Source: an uncultured Candidatus Saccharibacteria bacterium (lineage in GTDB: Bacteria > Patescibacteriota > Minisyncoccia > Phycocordibacterales > Phycocordibacteraceae). Taken from it: 64,000 nt of DNA. The DNA lies in the NCBI GenBank assembly GCA_964607655.1, contig CAZSKX010000002.1, positions 77,327 to 141,326 of the forward strand. The letters are read 5' to 3'. The notes below the pieces were generated by a model. The model did not search any database. It was not told where the DNA came from and was given only the letters and a program-made list of their open reading frames with translations. Position 1 is the stretch's first letter; the number at the start of each line of letters is the position of its first letter. Shown one piece after another: positions 60,725 through 64,000 of the stretch. The position numbers and the translations under genes are program-made.

Positions 60725-61240
60725 CGCCTTTCGGGGGCGGGTGTAGAGTTCGAAACGTCCAGCTCGCACGAGAAGGACGTCGAGGGCAAGACCGGCCCAT
60801 GTACATTCAACAGAACCAGCGGCCTGTGCAGGAGGAGGACACGACCACGCCACCCCAGTAGAAGACCAATGATTCAAAAGCCGTGGACCTTGGTCCACAG
60901 AAAACGGTGAGTACGGGCGCCAGCTCGAGCCTTGTGCCGAACGGCCCATAAACCTCTGAAGAGGATTCACCACCCGGTCGGTACAGGGAGTGTTTTACTT
61001 CCCCGTAGCACTCCCTGTGCCGACAGTGAATCTTTCTGTTCGTTTCTGCGTCGACCCACCGGGTCGGCGTTTTTCGTTATCGAAACCCACAGATAATCGG
61101 TTGACGACTTTTTTCGCGGGTGTAGCCTATATCCGGAGGTGCTGCAATGAACAAACCGACCGTCAACCACAGCATCCTTCGTTGGGTTCACCCCACGGAG
61201 CTGGCGACGTGCGCCGCAGGCGTTTCGTTCGAATAAAGGA
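60725..61240 (+). ncRNA. rnpB: Candidate RNase P RNA (bacterial type A-like), about 500 nt with an internal long hairpin
   Basis: The region has no credible ORF. GAAACGUCCAGCUCG (60752-66) resembles CR-I GGAAAGUCCGGGCUC. CAACAGAACCAGCGGCC (60828-44) resembles P10/11 GCAACAGAGAGCAAACCGCC. CACAGAAAACGGUGAGUACGGGCGCCAG (60916-43) resembles CR-III GGUGAAAnGGUGCGGUAAGAGCGCACC. A long-range 11-bp P4-like complementarity links ACGUCCAGCUC (60755-65) and GAGCUGG-CG-ACGU (61198-210). The 3' boundary is uncertain. Confidence 0.45.
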
Positions 61241-61371
61241 GGTGATCCGCTAGTCACGGCCGAGCTTCTTGTGCGGGGCTCGCAGAGCCCTTCTACACTC
61301 GCTCGGGCCGCGTCCGTGGGGAGCTCCACAGAGCTCCGAGGGAGGAAGTTCTTGATGATGTGAGCCGATGT

Positions 61372-61402
61372 AAACGCGGCGACCATGGGGTCGCCGCGTT
61401 TC
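61372..61402 (+). terminator. Rho-independent terminator closing the structured non-coding region
   Basis: aaacgcggcgacc-atgg-ggtcgccgcgttt followed by cctgtt. Confidence 0.6.
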
Positions 61403-61497
61403 CTGTTGCTTCCAGAATGTCATCGTGCTGTGGACGGACGCTTTTTGTCGCTAGGGGAGCGTTAGAATGTATAGACATTAGACACTAATGCACACAT

Positions 61498-61866
61498 ATG
61501 AGTAACGCAAAAAAGATTGAGTGGATCCTGCGGGTCGGTGTAGCGGGCGAGTTTTTAGGACACGGAATGTTCGCGATCCAGGGTAAGCAGAGCTGGTTTA
61601 AATATTTTGAGGCGTTTGGTATTTCTGATCCGAGCACGATCACGACAATGCTGCTCGTCGTCGGGATTATGGATATAGTGCTTGCTATTATTGTGCTGGT
61701 GCGCCCTGTGCGTCCGCTGCTTCTTTGGATGGCGGCGTGGGGGCTCTGGACTGCGCTCATCCGCTGGCCCTTCGGCGGCGACCCAGTCTGGGACTTTGTT
61801 GAACGCTGGACCAACTGGGCTGCTCCACTCGCGCTCTACTACCTCCTTGGCTCGGGGAAGAAATAA
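61498..61866 (+). CDS. Hypothetical small membrane protein (DoxX-like fold?)
   Basis: Four TM helices; a terminator follows at 61890-61919. Confidence 0.5.
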   Translation: MSNAKKIEWILRVGVAGEFLGHGMFAIQGKQSWFKYFEAFGISDPSTITTMLLVVGIMDIVLAIIVLVRPVRPLLLWMAAWGLWTALIRWPFGGDPVWDFVERWTNWAAPLALYYLLGSGKK

Positions 61867-62021
61867 CAACGGCAGGAAGCTAGCAAAACAACAGCCCGCG
61901 AGAGCGGGCTGTTGTATTTACTTTGCGTTCTTTGCTATTACTGGCGGGTATCTAAATTGAAACAGCCCCGTCCGCGAGAGCAGACGGAGCTGCTTCGTGG
62001 ACGGGGCCGTAGATTTTAGGA

Positions 62022-62318
62022 TCAGGGCAGGAAGGTGGCCGTGACGACCACCTCGATCCAGAACATCGCGGCGCACCCGTAGGCGAAGCCGGTCAAGCCG
62101 GGTTGCTGGGAAGCGTAGCGTTGCCAATTCCTTCCCAGATTGAACCAGCGATCGTGGAGTGAGGATGTGGTCACCCACCCACACGCTACTGCCAGAACGA
62201 AAAATGAGATCCCCGTCCCGACGACGTCGAAGAGGGCGCCGAGGCCCACCACGAGAGAGAAAACACAGCCCCAAAGGATCCCTCGATCGAAACGGTTGCT
62301 ATTTTTTGGCACGAACAC
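62022..62318 (-). CDS. Hypothetical small membrane protein
   Basis: 98 aa with three TM helices. A long terminator hairpin lies at 61963-62012. Confidence 0.45.
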   Translation of the reverse strand: MFVPKNSNRFDRGILWGCVFSLVVGLGALFDVVGTGISFFVLAVACGWVTTSSLHDRWFNLGRNWQRYASQQPGLTGFAYGCAAMFWIEVVVTATFLP

Positions 62319-62556
62319 ACCTCTCAGTTGAATTTCTACGACTCAAGTGGCCGCAGAGAGAACGTCGAACGCAGAGCCAATTATAGAACGAAGCTGTGTA
62401 CGTGTCAATATTTGTGGATATCGTGCACGAAAGTTGGAACTCCCTACGTTCTTAGGTATTTGAGGGTTCAAGGGCGATTGTAAGTATGAAAAATGGAAAC
62501 CCCGCTCGCGCGAACGGGGAATCCGTTTGCGGGCGGGGTCTTGAGAGTGCGTCTAG

Positions 62557-62829
62557 TCATCGGTTCTTCGCGAGCTCGCGGTCATGGATGCAGGGCACAC
62601 CTTCTTCGGCGTGGTGAACGCACCCACAGTCTGCTTGGCCGACGGCTGTCGCATCGATGTTCGGTACCGGATCGTCCTCGTTCAACGCAAGAACTTCGCG
62701 GACAACCCTTTCGACGTCGACACCCATATGGAACTTGAACGGCGGCTCGGGCTCTCTGCCGAGCATGGCGAACTTGGTGCTGAGAGCGTCCACGATTCTA
62801 CGAACTTTTTCATCACTGGGTTTGGGCAT
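62557..62829 (-). CDS. Hypothetical protein with a C-terminal Cys/His cluster
   Basis: Start at the internal Met with SD caggagg. C-terminal ...GQADCGCVHHAEEGVPCIHD. A terminator hairpin with a T-run lies downstream at 62495-62525. Confidence 0.45.
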   Translation of the reverse strand: MPKPSDEKVRRIVDALSTKFAMLGREPEPPFKFHMGVDVERVVREVLALNEDDPVPNIDATAVGQADCGCVHHAEEGVPCIHDRELAKNR

Positions 62830-63091
62830 GGAAAGACCTCCTGAAACGTTGACTTGGAACATAAACAAAATACACCATAGGGTGTATTTTGTCAATAGTG
62901 TGGAGGTGTCGAGACCGCGATTACGCTATCGGTCACAAGTAAAAGCTGCTCCGTCGAGCAGCTTTTCTCGCGACCCCGCCTCGCGGTTGCGCGTGCTCGC
63001 GCAACATCGCTGCGGCTTTCGATTCCCGCACAGACGCTCCGCGTCTTCACCTCCACAACGCAAAAGCCGCCCGAAGGCGGTTTGCATTTTG

Positions 63092-63496
63092 TGGAGGTGG
63101 CGGGAATCGAACCCGCGTCCGAATCCGTCAGAGAAAGAGAGTCTACGACGCGTAGTCAGCGTTAAGTATTAAGGTAGGATGCGAAGAACGCAGACGAAAC
63201 CATTCCTACCCGATCCCTGATTTAAGTATGTCCCACGGGAGAGGGCACACCGATTCTACAGAACATTCCGCCCCTATCTCCGTCTGTAGACACCCGAGAG
63301 ATAGAGACGTCGCTTAGGCGAAAGCGCGAAGCTTTTACGCGAAGGCGAACGCAAAGTCCTTTGCACCGAAGTACGGAGACTTTACGCTTGCAAGAGTTTT
63401 GTCTGCAAGTATGTTTGCCTGTCCTTTTACGTGAATACAGGCGAGCACGGCGTCGCACGTCTTTCAAAGAGCAGACCGTCAAAGCCGGTCACCCCC
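63092..63496 (-). ncRNA. ssrA: tmRNA (SsrA)
   Basis: The minus-strand 5' end GGGGGUGACCGGCUUUGACGG pairs with the 3' tRNA-like end GGACGCGGGUUCGAUUCCCGCCACCUCCA, with a G3:U70 wobble. The resume region GUAAAAGGACAG-GCA AAC AUA... encodes the tag ANILADKTLASVKSPYFGAKDFAFAFA-UAA. A terminator hairpin CCGCC-UUCG-GGCGG plus U-run follows, and smpB lies upstream. Confidence 0.8.
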
Positions 63497-63535
63497 AGAA
63501 AACCAATGATAGCATCACGAGCTTTCTGCGACTGA

Positions 63536-63979
63536 TCAGCGATTCTTCAATATTCTCCCGGCCTCACGCTCGGCGTCTTTCTTCTTCAGATCTTCTCGTC
63601 GATCCTCTTTGCCCTTACCTTTGACGATCGAGATGCGCGCCTTGAGGAGACCTCGAGTATTATATACTGAAAAAGGCACTATTGTCAAGCCTTTACGCGC
63701 TTCTGCGGCCGCGAGTTCAGCCACTTCTTGTTTGCTAAGGAGGAGCTTACGTGGCCGCTCAGGATCGTAGTCCTTACTGGTGTTGGCGGCCTGATACGGC
63801 GGGATCGTCATCCCGACGATAAACGCCTCGCCGCCACGTATAACAACGCGCGCGCCCTCGAGACTGCCGAGCTTGTTTCGCAGCGATTTCACTTCGTTTC
63901 CAACAAGCTCAATACCCGCTGAAAATGATTCAACAGGGGTGAATTTCAGGTGAGCCTTCTTGTTATTAATGAGATCCAT
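63536..63979 (-). CDS. smpB: SsrA-binding protein SmpB
   Basis: 147 aa; GIELVGNEVKSLR and a C-terminal basic tail are typical of SmpB. Confidence 0.9.
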   Translation of the reverse strand: MDLINNKKAHLKFTPVESFSAGIELVGNEVKSLRNKLGSLEGARVVIRGGEAFIVGMTIPPYQAANTSKDYDPERPRKLLLSKQEVAELAAAEARKGLTIVPFSVYNTRGLLKARISIVKGKGKEDRREDLKKKDAEREAGRILKNR

Positions 63980-64000
63980 AGGATTATGTAGTATAGTACC

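Noticed and set aside
61237-61250. AAAGGAGGTGATCC, identical to the reverse complement of the 16S rRNA 3' end, looked like an rRNA fragment or an SD
   Set aside because: Flanking sequence has no similarity to 16S helix 45. No start codon or ORF follows within 15 nt. It is treated as part of the structured ncRNA region.

Overview
This is a 64 kb, roughly 58-60% GC bacterial chromosomal segment. It uses the standard genetic code (TGA, TAA and TAG all terminate long ORFs) and is densely coded on both strands. It opens inside a complete type IV pilus/competence-type cluster: the pilB 3' end, a REC-only response regulator, pilT, pilC, three tandem major-pilin paralogs, prepilin peptidase pilD and four minor pilins. 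Housekeeping genes follow: ligA, gatC-gatA, pyk, glmS, a short prfB, ftsE-ftsX, pyrG, bipA and smpB with ssrA. Envelope and transport genes include a MacA/MacB-like efflux system, an NRAMP transporter, an ABC-2 pair, a KefB-type antiporter with a TrkA domain, and a CcdA plus two thioredoxin-like proteins. The rest is mostly small DUF membrane or secreted proteins. RNA genes are tRNA-fMet, tRNA-Met(CAU), tRNA-Asp(GUC), two tRNA-Thr (GGU and CGU), tRNA-Gln(CUG), tmRNA and a probable oversized RNase P RNA. The most notable observations are these. First, the tRNA-Thr(GGU) gene is split after anticodon position 36 by a 182-nt intervening sequence with group-I-like features. Second, a secreted repeat protein gene has about 95% GC at third codon positions, far above its neighbours, suggesting recent acquisition from a high-GC donor. 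Third, a P-loop kinase (AAA_28-like) is fused to a CYTH domain, sits directly downstream of tRNA-fMet and is followed by a divergent ClpP. Fourth, short duplicated tRNA or tmRNA 3'-end segments lie next to tRNA-Met, tRNA-Asp and ssrA, which look like integration scars. Fifth, a 17-nt direct repeat brackets a single HD-hydrolase gene, next to an in-frame amber codon in a coiled-coil mini-ORF and a HAD hydrolase whose catalytic motif lies upstream of its first ATG. No CRISPR array, rRNA or obvious transposase was seen.
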